Positions 1-7,634 of a DNA stretch of 33,748 nt are shown in pieces. The number at the start of each line of letters is the position of its first letter. The first letter of the stretch is position 1. A model generated the notes under the pieces. The model did no database searches. It saw only the letters and a list, made by a program, of their open reading frames with translations, and had not been told where the DNA came from. A program made the translations under genes and the position numbers. Source of the stretch: a virus (lineage: Duplodnaviria > Heunggongvirae > Uroviricota > Caudoviricetes); the IMG/VR virus record IMGVR_UViG_2718218139_000002, one strand, 5' to 3'.

Positions 1-177
1 ATGGAAAAAGATCTGAAAGCGTTGCGGGAATACCTGTTACTCTCCCCTGACTATCCTGAAGTTAACGATTCTCTGGCTAATTTCTCAACTGAAGACATGA
101 CCAACGAAGAGATAGCGGAACGTTTGGGAATTGCTCCAGATTGGATGGAAACCGTAGACCCCAGCAAACTTACCTGA
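1..177 (+). CDS. small hypothetical protein, 58 aa (possibly 5'-truncated by the window edge)
   Basis: Hand translation from ATG at 1 to TGA at 175-177 gives MEKDLKALREYLLLSPDYPEVNDSLANFSTEDMTNEEIAERLGIAPDWMETVDPSKLT. It is below the size cutoff of the ORF track and is followed directly by a hairpin terminator. No family recognised. Confidence 0.4.
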   Translation: MEKDLKALREYLLLSPDYPEVNDSLANFSTEDMTNEEIAERLGIAPDWMETVDPSKLT

Positions 178-182
178 TGCAG

Positions 183-210
183 AACGCGCCTTTGCTGGGC
201 GCGTTTCTTA
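183..210 (+). terminator. rho-independent terminator-like hairpin after the small ORF
   Basis: aacgcgcc (183-190) pairs with ggcgcgtt (198-205), followed by tttctta. Confidence 0.55.
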
Positions 211-262
211 GTCTTACATATGGCTGTTAATAGCTCAATACAGATGAGATTAGCCCTGCCAT

Positions 263-292
263 TTGACTATAAGTATCTTACACCGGATAATT
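263..292 (+). promoter_or_regulatory. putative sigma70 promoter of the orphan two-gene operon
   Basis: TTGACT (263-268), 17-nt spacer, GATAAT (286-291), about 110 nt upstream of the first ORF. Sequence match only. Confidence 0.35.
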
Positions 293-402
293 CGTGCGTA
301 AAAAGTGTTCAAACATATGATTCTTGATTTTGTTTGCCACCATAGTAAGCATTTTTATGTTGCATGTAGAGATGAGAAGGCAGGTATCACTTGATTGATA
401 TA

Positions 403-2868
403 ATGAAGGTTTGGCTTATTTCTCAAAAGTGGTTCTGGAAATTAAGAACAGATCTTGTGAGGGTTAGATTTATTTTAGAACGTGCGTCATACATACATCG
501 TACGTCTGTTTTTAAAGCTAAGTCTAACGCTCATGTTTTTATGTCTTTTGCGTTGGTAGGTTTAAAAAATTTGTTATGGGTCATATTAACGTTATTTGCA
601 CTGGGTTTTGTTGAAGATTATATTCGGAATAATACGATTTTGCTTCATCCTCTTAGCTATGATGAAAAAAAATTTAATATTGATCAACTTAGGTTGTACG
701 CACAGATACTTACCGCTATATTTTCAATATACTTTGCTACAATAGGTATCATTCTAAGTGCAGGATATACCAGACTTCGGCGAGATATTATACAAATGCT
801 TACTACCGAGCAGGTAGGTAATGTGTATTCGCGGACTTTAGTGCTTTCTGCGGTGTTTTGTCTTAGTGCAACTGCTCTCCACTTGTTCGGGGTTGAACCC
901 GGTCTTTTCGTTTATGCAATGGGAACATTGCTGACACTTGTTAGTTCCTTAGCTCTGTTCCCATTAGGTCAAAGATTATTCAATTTTTTTGACCTAAATC
1001 AGTTAGCCCGAAGTGAAATACTCCCACGAATTGCACGACACATCGAAGGTGCGTCTAATCCCAAGAATTCAGTATCTTTAGCTAATCATCACTCTAAAGC
1101 CGCACATTTGGCCTTTGAGCAGTTAAACTACATTGATGATCGCCTGATATGTGAAAAAGTAGGACTCGGAGATAATTTACCTGCTCTCAGTAATGTTTAT
1201 TCGGCATTACTTCTTCATTACCTTAATCAGAAACACAGAATTGATTATCAAAGTTACTGGTTCCCTAGACGAATAAAACATAAGCAATGGTTCTTAGCTG
1301 GCGACAGTGTAACATCCATTGCTTTAAAAACAAGGAGCCAATTAACGGTTGAAGAAGAACCAAATTATCTTTGGTTAGAGAATGAAATTATCAATAGGTT
1401 GGTAGGCCATATTGAACTTGCATTCAAAGCCGGTGATTTCAAGCTCGGGTTGGATCTCATCAGTCTATTCTCATCTCGTATATTAACTTATGCACAACAG
1501 TTTCAGTTCGATATTGGTATACGTGAACTTCGGAAAATGAAGACGATCATTGAAAAAGCCTTTACACCGTCTGATGTCGTTAATTATTTTGAGGAAAAGG
1601 TGATAAAAGTTGGAATTGCGGATGCATGGGCTGCATTAGGCAGCAATCTTTGCCTTGAAATGTTACGCCGCATGATTACTTTTGAGAAAGAATTGGAGCA
1701 GTTCTTTAAAGATGATATCTGGACAGAGACCTCTCTACACACTTTGCCTGCTTTTCTGCAGGTTGAGTTGGCCTTTATCGTAGAACGTATCGAATTCGAA
1801 AAAGAGATTGAAGGACAGAGATTATCCAAACCAAAGTACGTCCAGCAGTTGGCGGTTCAGAAGTTATTACAACAATATTCTAAAATTCTGCCAGAAGTAT
1901 GCGATTTTCACGTAAACATGGTTCCAGATTTCGTTAACTCACTGATAAACATGAAGATGCCGGAAGCCGCAACGCAAGTCGTTCTCGCTAGCCTACATAA
2001 TCATTTGAAGTTTCCCCATTGGTTTAATGAACTTTCTCTGCTCTTGGAGAGATACAGAAAGTACGAGCACTACTCTGAAAAGCTATACGCATTACCAGAA
2101 ATTAATATTGCTGAAATGCTCAAACAGTTTGTCGTTACACAGGATGAAGCTATAGCTATTCTTGGTAGGGAGGAAATTGTGGGACATATCATTGAACAAG
2201 AGCAAGATGATGAACTACCGGATCATTTGGGACAGATATATTTTGAGTTGGCTGAGGAATGTATACATGCGCTTGAACAGAATGATGAAAATAAACTGAG
2301 CAAGGTATTCCCTATGTTCATGGTTCTCTCATTGCTGGCATCAGATACTAAATTTGTAGATCCGAAACTCGATATAAACAACGAGTTTCGACTGCATCTC
2401 CTTTCATCCGCGATCAACGATCTGATGTCAGTTCTAGGTTTTGCTATCCTTTACAGTGCTTATTTCGATAATGCAAAACTATCTAAAACAGTACTTGATA
2501 GGTTTAAGTCTTGGCTCGAGTCTGTTCCCAACAAACAGCAGTATTTGAAGAGAATGATGATTCTTTCAAATCCGCGCAATTTCAGCTTGTGCGCATCACC
2601 GAGAGATATGATTCGTCTTAACTGGAAAATGGAATTTGAGCGCCGCGCAAGACATGATGGCTTTAGCGATCAAATGGGAATGAATCGAGGGAAATCTCAT
2701 ACGAACAAAGTTGTCAGAGAGTTCTTAAACTCCCATTCAGATGCATCGCATCTCTTTTGTGCTCTCGAAATTTTCCCGCAACTCGAGCAAATTGACTTCA
2801 AGATCGATTACCATGTTAGTGAGTTGGCTCGTCGTTTTGGCGTGGAATACGATAAGGATTTTGAATGA
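403..2868 (+). CDS. orphan large membrane-anchored protein (~821 aa from ATG 403; 825 aa from TTG 391): four N-terminal TM helices plus a ~630-aa helical soluble domain, function unknown
   Basis: A 2.5 kb uninterrupted ORF in AT-rich DNA, which is very unlikely by chance. Hydrophobic helices FMSFALVGLKNLLWVILTLFALGF, ILTAIFSIYFATIGIILSAGY, LVLSAVFCLSATALHLFGV and LFVYAMGTLLTLVSSLALFPL. No catalytic motif recognisable by eye. Start is ambiguous: TTG 391 has GAGAAGG 10 nt upstream, ATG 403 has no SD. Confidence 0.85.
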   Translation: MKVWLISQKWFWKLRTDLVRVRFILERASYIHRTSVFKAKSNAHVFMSFALVGLKNLLWVILTLFALGFVEDYIRNNTILLHPLSYDEKKFNIDQLRLYAQILTAIFSIYFATIGIILSAGYTRLRRDIIQMLTTEQVGNVYSRTLVLSAVFCLSATALHLFGVEPGLFVYAMGTLLTLVSSLALFPLGQRLFNFFDLNQLARSEILPRIARHIEGASNPKNSVSLANHHSKAAHLAFEQLNYIDDRLICEKVGLGDNLPALSNVYSALLLHYLNQKHRIDYQSYWFPRRIKHKQWFLAGDSVTSIALKTRSQLTVEEEPNYLWLENEIINRLVGHIELAFKAGDFKLGLDLISLFSSRILTYAQQFQFDIGIRELRKMKTIIEKAFTPSDVVNYFEEKVIKVGIADAWAALGSNLCLEMLRRMITFEKELEQFFKDDIWTETSLHTLPAFLQVELAFIVERIEFEKEIEGQRLSKPKYVQQLAVQKLLQQYSKILPEVCDFHVNMVPDFVNSLINMKMPEAATQVVLASLHNHLKFPHWFNELSLLLERYRKYEHYSEKLYALPEINIAEMLKQFVVTQDEAIAILGREEIVGHIIEQEQDDELPDHLGQIYFELAEECIHALEQNDENKLSKVFPMFMVLSLLASDTKFVDPKLDINNEFRLHLLSSAINDLMSVLGFAILYSAYFDNAKLSKTVLDRFKSWLESVPNKQQYLKRMMILSNPRNFSLCASPRDMIRLNWKMEFERRARHDGFSDQMGMNRGKSHTNKVVREFLNSHSDASHLFCALEIFPQLEQIDFKIDYHVSELARRFGVEYDKDFE

Positions 2869-3857
2869 AAATTATCAAGAATATACCCCTTTACGGTTAT
2901 AGCGTCGATCCTGAGCAATTAAGTTTTGTTGATAGACTATTGACCAAGTCTAAGAATGAACGACCAGGTTTCTATCAAAGGATGTTTTATGAGGATTTTG
3001 CTAGAGTTTTTAATTTTGTAAATCACGGTGATACCAATTTGTTTCAAATCGAAACTAACGACGAAGAACTCATACGTAAAATGTTTGGAAATTTACAAGC
3101 TAGATATAGGAAATACTCGGTAGATGAAACAATACGTGAATTGGTGGAGGCAGTAGCGCAATCGTTGATTTGGCAAGGAACGGCATACTATTTTGTTCAA
3201 AACGTTTCTGAGCAAGAAAAAATACATATTACTCCTCTCGTTTCTGATAATATATTTTGTTTTTTTTCAGTGTATTTTCAGTATGTGCCGAAACGGTGTG
3301 AAAGATATTTAGAACGGGATCATGAGATGCTTCCAAGAGAATTAAGAATCTTGGATAAAAACAAACTAATGCGTTTCGAAATTCCTAGGTCCTTAAGGCA
3401 GATGTTGTCTGAACAAAATCGGACTTTAAAGATCATTGACAAGCATCAATTTGGTGTTACTAATTTTTATCCTCAAGCAACATACGAAAATCCTAACCCG
3501 AAAAGTCACTTTGATTTTAGCATTTGGAAAAATACGCAAGAGCAAGCATTATTCCGAGCTACGAGGAAAACCGGGTGGAATGGTAGAAATTATGATTCAT
3601 CAAAATGTTCTGATTTCTTCCATTACTATCGTCTTATTCGATTTAGACGGAATCAACTTATTTTACGTGATTATATATTGTTGCAATTAGGTAAAGAGCT
3701 CACAAGGGTAGGTCACCGATATAATGAGGACTTTAATGTTGTGATTTCACCAACAAGTGTTTTGCCTCAAATCGATAAACTAGATGAGATGGAATCATTA
3801 CTTTCTAGGGAGGAAATAGATTTTACTGAGGTGTCGGATTACTATTACGAACGTTGA
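2865..3857 (+). CDS. orphan soluble protein, 330 aa, translationally coupled to the upstream ORF, function unknown
   Basis: ATGA stop/start overlap at 2865-2868 and SD AAGGA (2854-2858) 6 nt before the ATG. Aromatic- and Arg-rich protein with no TM segment and no recognisable family. Confidence 0.85.
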   Translation: MKIIKNIPLYGYSVDPEQLSFVDRLLTKSKNERPGFYQRMFYEDFARVFNFVNHGDTNLFQIETNDEELIRKMFGNLQARYRKYSVDETIRELVEAVAQSLIWQGTAYYFVQNVSEQEKIHITPLVSDNIFCFFSVYFQYVPKRCERYLERDHEMLPRELRILDKNKLMRFEIPRSLRQMLSEQNRTLKIIDKHQFGVTNFYPQATYENPNPKSHFDFSIWKNTQEQALFRATRKTGWNGRNYDSSKCSDFFHYYRLIRFRRNQLILRDYILLQLGKELTRVGHRYNEDFNVVISPTSVLPQIDKLDEMESLLSREEIDFTEVSDYYYER

Positions 3858-3980
3858 GCTTAGAAAAGTAACTATCGAACATTTAACACTATCATTTCGT
3901 TTCAATCTGGAGACTTATGGTGAACGTGCCCAAATTTCGCTCAGAGCAGACTGTCAGATTCAATCGTACCTTTTAAGTTG

Positions 3981-4011
3981 ATAACGCAATTTTGCGTTAT
4001 GCTTGTTTTTT
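3981..4011 (+). terminator. terminator-like hairpin downstream of the two-gene operon
   Basis: ataacgc (3981-3987) pairs with gcgttat (3994-4000); a T6 run lies at 4006-4011. The 5-nt gap before the T-run is not ideal. Confidence 0.5.
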
Positions 4012-5020
4012 GGATGGGGATATATTTATCTCATTGATTTATATATAAATATAACGTTTATGTTGTTAGTCGTGCACGGTAAAGTTCTAGTATATGTCTC
4101 AGAATCTTCTTCAATACCTCAGGTATATTAAATGGTTAAAAGATAAAAAGCCTTTCAGAGTCGTGCTTACGCGCTCAAATTTCATGGTTGGGGATTTATA
4201 CGTGTATTCAACCCAAAAAGTGACTGAAAAAGTGCTTACAGAGTGACGTTACGTTGACGTTGTTTTCTGGTGATTTTTGCTCAGTAGTTGTTATTATATG
4301 TTTGATTATTATATATATTTTTAATATGTTGCTCACTTCAAACTCACGTCAACTCACTCTTATAGAGTGATTAATTTCTATAAGTACTTTATCTCAAAAT
4401 TTGATTTTTACGGATGGAAGCCCTTCAAAGAAACGTCATTTTTTTCTAAGACTTTGATCTTTCGTTAACGGTGTTAGTGGGGACTTCGGTCATCGAGTGC
4501 GATGCGCTCTTCTGACCGTTTCAATGGATAGGTTCGCCTTCTTGCGCCTCTCGCGGCGCTTGCCGCGCTCCGCGCTTTTGGCGATTGGGCAGGGATATTT
4601 CTCTTATATTGGTCGTTTTTTGCTCTGCCTTGTCACGATCTGTCACTACTAGTAGTAATGGTCATAACCTCCGCTTTCTCTTCTGGCTCTGGATGCTCTC
4701 ACTCGTGCTTTTCTTAACATCCTTAACAGCGGGTGGGTTTGTACTTTGTTCGAGTTTATTGTCTGTGAGGATAGTAACTCCCTGCGCTCTGTCTCTGCCT
4801 CTTTGGTGACCGCTATCACTGATAAATCCCAATCGTGTTTGCTAATTAACGGTGCTTGGAACGGGGTGATTGGTGAGCGATTTATGTCTTGTCGTTTCAA
4901 TGTACGCTGTCTGGATTCTCCTGTCAGTTAGCTTTGAGTAACGCGCCGTGATGCTTATCTCCACGGTTGCTGTCTTGCAGCTGCATTTCGCGCTACTCAA
5001 AGCCTTCTGCTTTGAATGCT

Positions 5021-5051
5021 GCCCTTCTTCAGGGCTAAATTTTTAAGAGCA
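5021..5051 (-). promoter_or_regulatory. nutL: lambda-type nutL (boxA + boxB)
   Basis: The minus strand reads tgctcttaaaaatttagccctgaagaagggc. boxB gccctgaagaagggc (5021-5035) is identical to lambda boxB as I remember it, and boxA is tgctcttaa (5043-5051). The surrounding leader matches the lambda pL leader. Confidence 0.85.
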
Positions 5052-5083
5052 TCACCTTCATGGTGGTTAGTACGTCCTGCTGA

Positions 5084-5119
5084 TGGCTAAATAGTACGAT
5101 TTGTACTTTATCGAGTCAA
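5084..5119 (-). promoter_or_regulatory. pL: pL-type early leftward promoter with embedded operator
   Basis: The minus strand reads TTGACT (5119-5114), a 17-nt spacer cgataaagtacaaatcg, TACTAT (5096-5091), then ttagcc and ATCAGCAGG, which is the lambda pL transcript start sequence. The spacer holds a CGAT...ATCG / AGTAC...GTACT symmetric element, a likely operator. Confidence 0.7.
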
Positions 5120-5182
5120 TACAAAATGTTCTAAATATAATTAGTTTTTTATAACGCTTTGTATTTAATGGGTTTATATTTT

Positions 5183-5214
5183 GGAAAAAGAAAACCCGAC
5201 GCTAAGGTCGGGTT
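5183..5214 (-). terminator. rho-independent terminator downstream of the repressor gene
   Basis: aacccgac (5193-5200) pairs with gtcgggtt (5207-5214). On the minus strand the hairpin is followed by ttttcttttt. Confidence 0.75.
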
Positions 5215-5244
5215 ATTGTTGTGTGTTTTAGAGTTGTGAGGCTG

Positions 5245-5904
5245 TTAACTAAATGTCTCTTCAGGCCACTGGCTGGCGATAACTTTCCCTACTACGGAAC
5301 AGCTATCATTGCATGGAATCATTGGATATTGCGGGTTTAGTGGCTGTAGGAACACCTGACCGCTATCCCTGATCAGTTTCTTGAAGGTAAACTCGTCACC
5401 ACCAAGTCTGGCTATGCAGAAATCACCTGGCTCAACAGCCTGCTCAGGGTCAACGAGAATTAACATCCCGTCAGGAAAGCTTGGCTTTGATCCTGTTGGC
5501 GCGGTCATGGAATTACCTTCAACTTCAAGCCAAAACGCACAATCACTGGCTTTTTTGGTTGTGCTGACCCATCTCTCCGCATCACCTTTGGTAAAGGTTC
5601 TAAGCTCAGGCGAGAACATCCCGGCCTGAACATGAGAAAAAACAGGGTACTCATATTGTTTTTTAACGGGGGCAGATGAGTATTCGCCAACAGGTGAAAA
5701 TGTACCGTCGTGGTTGAATGAGACGTTATCAATACTAAGGTATTTAAACACCACACCAATCTCGTCAAGAGATGGATGACGAGATCCGCGCAACCAGTGA
5801 CCAATTCCACCCTGCGTCATACCAAGCTCTTCAGCTAACTTCTCTTGAGTTATGCCGAGCTCTTTCATTCTGGATCTAGCCAGTTCATACCATTTCATTT
5901 TCAT
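5245..5904 (-). CDS. cI: CI-type prophage repressor (HTH N-domain plus S24/LexA-like autocleavage C-domain)
   Basis: From [21 protein letters not shown] to the end it is near-identical to lambda CI as remembered, including the Ala-Gly cleavage site (VQAGMF), GNSM (Ser nucleophile) and FKKL (Lys). The N-terminal HTH ([25 protein letters not shown]) is not lambda-like. Start chosen at MKMKW (5904); the track ORF extends to 5946. Confidence 0.9.
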   Translation of the reverse strand: MKMKWYELARSRMKELGITQEKLAEELGMTQGGIGHWLRGSRHPSLDEIGVVFKYLSIDNVSFNHDGTFSPVGEYSSAPVKKQYEYPVFSHVQAGMFSPELRTFTKGDAERWVSTTKKASDCAFWLEVEGNSMTAPTGSKPSFPDGMLILVDPEQAVEPGDFCIARLGGDEFTFKKLIRDSGQVFLQPLNPQYPMIPCNDSCSVVGKVIASQWPEETFS

Positions 5905-5960
5905 ACCCTTATTATTACGCTCTGTACTAAAACCATCCATGCACAAGATGTATTTTTTGT

Positions 5961-5989
5961 TTGCATTCTAAAAGTGCATATCGTATTAT
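5961..5989 (+). promoter_or_regulatory. pR: pR-type early rightward promoter
   Basis: TTGCAT (5961-5966), 17-nt spacer tctaaaagtgcatatcg, TATTAT (5984-5989). The spacer resembles the pL spacer (aaagtRcaWatcg). The cro RBS GGAGGG lies at 6007-6012. Confidence 0.5.
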
Positions 5990-6015
5990 TGTTTCATGGT
6001 TACTATGGAGGGCAT

Positions 6016-6222
6016 ATGAGCAACCTACGAAAATATCGAGAGTCACTGAATATCTCTCAAACAACACTTGCTAAGGCAGTTGGATGCACACAGGGAGCTA
6101 TCGGACATTGGGAATCTGGTCGTCGCTTCCCAGACCTTAAAACATGCCGTGCTCTTGTTGAGTGCCTAAAGCGGTATATGACGAGAACAGTAGCGCCGCG
6201 CCATTTGCTGAAATCATCGTGA
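6016..6222 (+). CDS. cro: Cro-like HTH (XRE family) protein with a C-terminus altered by a deletion junction
   Basis: ATG at 6016 after GGAGGG. HTH is [22 protein letters not shown]. After about residue 50 the frame runs into helicase-derived DNA read out of frame. Confidence 0.6.
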   Translation: MSNLRKYRESLNISQTTLAKAVGCTQGAIGHWESGRRFPDLKTCRALVECLKRYMTRTVAPRHLLKSS

Positions 6223-6377
6223 CGAAAAACCGTTTTGGCTCGCTTGGTACGGTTTACCAGCGGTTCTGCAACGGACACTTTGTTGCATGTGACCAGGATG
6301 AAGCCAGACAGATTTGCACAGAATCAAATGCACCTGCTGCGCGTGGCAGACGATATGCACAAGGGGCGGACGTATGA
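6168..6377 (+). pseudogene. 3'-terminal remnant of a DnaB-type replicative helicase gene (P22 gene 12 type)
   Basis: [37 protein letters not shown] aligns by eye with the E. coli DnaB C-terminus [36 protein letters not shown]. There are no upstream helicase motifs, so only about the last 70 codons remain. Confidence 0.65.
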
Positions 6378-6402
6378 CCATCTACATCACTGAGCTAATA
6401 AC

Positions 6403-6434
6403 AGGCCTGCTGGTAATCGCAGGCCTTTTTATTT
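6403..6434 (+). terminator. tR2: lambda tR2-like terminator
   Basis: aggcctgc (6403-6410) pairs with gcaggcct (6419-6426), followed by ttttattt. The sequence taataacaggcctgctggtaatcgcaggcctttttatttggggga matches the lambda region upstream of ninB as remembered. Confidence 0.75.
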
Positions 6435-6449
6435 GGGGGAGAGTAAATC

Positions 6450-6656
6450 GTGGTTGAGTTGATTTTTTCTGCATTGAGGATTCTCGGTGCTATGTGGATG
6501 GTGTCGACGTTCATTGCGGTTGTCGGAAGTTTTGTCCGGTTGGTAGGCGAAGGTAAAGACCTGGTGGGTGTGCTGTTCGGTAGCATTCTCCTGTGGGTGA
6601 TTATCGGTGTTGCGCCTGTCGCTGTAGCAAAAATGGCGTGGCGTTTTGTGAGTTGA
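6450..6656 (+). CDS. small hydrophobic protein (68 aa, two predicted TM helices), nin-region ORF
   Basis: GTG start after GGGGGAGAG. Fills the tR2-ninB gap on the operon strand. Hydrophobic composition. No family recognised. Confidence 0.4.
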   Translation: MVELIFSALRILGAMWMVSTFIAVVGSFVRLVGEGKDLVGVLFGSILLWVIIGVAPVAVAKMAWRFVS

Positions 6657-6663
6657 GGTGACA

Positions 6664-7110
6664 ATGAAGCAAATATACATGCTTCGCAACGAAGCAATCA
6701 GAAACAACGCCATAGACGCAATACTCTCACTTCCGATCGACGACAAGTCACCTCACGAAGTCCACATTAAAGAACCAAAGCGGAGCAATCCTCAAAACCG
6801 CCTTATGTGGGCGTTATTGCAGGACGTATCACGTCAGGTGCTTTGGCATGGACAGAGACTTGCGCCGGAGGACTGGAAAGACCTGTTCACTGCCCTGTGG
6901 CTTAAGACCAAAAAACTGGAGCAACGAAGTGTGCCTGGTATCGATGGTGGCGTTGTCATGCTTGGCGTGCGTACCAGCAAAATGCGAAAGGCCAGCATGA
7001 CTGAGCTTATCGAAATCATGTTTTGGTTCGGCTCAGAGCGCAACGTGCGGTGGAGTGATGACTCCCGGCGAGAGTATGAATGGTCACAACGAAAAGGTAG
7101 GGCTGCATGA
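6664..7110 (+). CDS. ninB: NinB/Orf recombination mediator
   Basis: PQNRLMWALLQDVSRQVLWHGQRL and RNVRWSDDSRREYEW parallel lambda NinB (DQNRKLWACLGDVSRQVEWHGRWL, RGVKWSDEARLALEW). ATG 6664 follows GAGG. Confidence 0.9.
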   Translation: MKQIYMLRNEAIRNNAIDAILSLPIDDKSPHEVHIKEPKRSNPQNRLMWALLQDVSRQVLWHGQRLAPEDWKDLFTALWLKTKKLEQRSVPGIDGGVVMLGVRTSKMRKASMTELIEIMFWFGSERNVRWSDDSRREYEWSQRKGRAA

Positions 7111-7634
7111 CTATCAAATCAAATACACCAGCACACGACAAGGACTGCTGGCAAACGCCGCTTTGGCTTTTTGATGCGCTGGATATTGAGTTTGGATTCT
7201 GGCTGGATTCAGCTGCGAGCGACAAAAATGCTCTGTGCGCTCACTGGCTAACTGAGGCCGACGACGCACTCAATTCTGAGTGGATAAGCCACGGTGCAAT
7301 CTGGAATAACCCACCGTACAGCAATATCAGGCCGTGGGTGGAAAAAGCCGCTGAGCAGTGCATACAACAGCGACAGACGGTAGTGATGCTTGTGCCAGAG
7401 GATATGTCTGTCGGATGGTTCAGCAAGGCTCTGGAGAGTGTTGACGAAGTTCGCATTATCACTGATGGACGGATTAATTTTATCGAACCATCGACAGGGC
7501 TGGAGAAGAAGGGAAACAGTAAAGGCTCCATGCTGCTGATTTGGCGACCGTTCATCAGTCCTCGACGGATGTTTACTACCGTATCCAAAGCGGCATTGAT
7601 GGCGATCGGGCAGGGCGTCAGGAGGGCGGCATGA
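7107..7634 (+). CDS. phage Dam-type N6-adenine DNA methyltransferase
   Basis: [16 protein letters not shown] and WNNPPYSNI (NPPY catalytic motif) are typical of the phage Dam family. ATGA overlap with the ninB stop. Confidence 0.85.
   Translation: MTIKSNTPAHDKDCWQTPLWLFDALDIEFGFWLDSAASDKNALCAHWLTEADDALNSEWISHGAIWNNPPYSNIRPWVEKAAEQCIQQRQTVVMLVPEDMSVGWFSKALESVDEVRIITDGRINFIEPSTGLEKKGNSKGSMLLIWRPFISPRRMFTTVSKAALMAIGQGVRRAA

Noticed and set aside
1584-2417. Track ORFs 1584-1829(-) and 2223-2417(-) inside the 825-aa gene
   Set aside because: They are short antisense ORFs wholly inside a much longer, better supported ORF, with no SD and odd composition. Treated as noise.
2700-3320. R-x5-H strings (REFLNSH near the C-terminus of the 825-aa protein; RYLERDH in the 330-aa protein) as possible HEPN RNase motifs, and GMNRGKS as a possible P-loop
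   Set aside because: Bare short-motif matches are expected by chance in proteins of this size. GMNRGKS has the wrong spacing for Walker A (GxxxxGK[ST]). No supporting context is visible without structure or profile searches.
3436-3690. Track ORF 3436-3690(+), 84 aa
   Set aside because: It is an alternative frame inside the 330-aa gene with low-complexity hydrophobic composition from AT-rich DNA and no independent signals.
4094-4243. 49-codon ORF MSQNLLQYLRYIKWLKDKKPFRVVLTRSNFMVGDLYVYSTQKVTEKVLTE
   Set aside because: No Shine-Dalgarno sequence and no recognisable family. It could be real or a gene fragment, but the evidence is too weak to list as a feature.
4585-4931. Track ORFs 4585-4809(+), 4649-4900(-) and 4746-4931(+) in the N-leader region
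   Set aside because: They mutually overlap, have non-ATG or unsupported starts, and none resembles an N-family or other known protein. The region is better explained as a degraded N locus (see finding).
5381-5810. Track ORFs 5381-5629(+) and 5505-5810(-) overlapping cI
   Set aside because: They are alternative frames of a gene whose product is unambiguously CI-like.
6057-6746. Track ORFs 6057-6278(-), 6395-6697(-) and 6429-6746(-)
   Set aside because: They are antisense to the early-right operon, span a terminator and gene boundaries, and have no signals.
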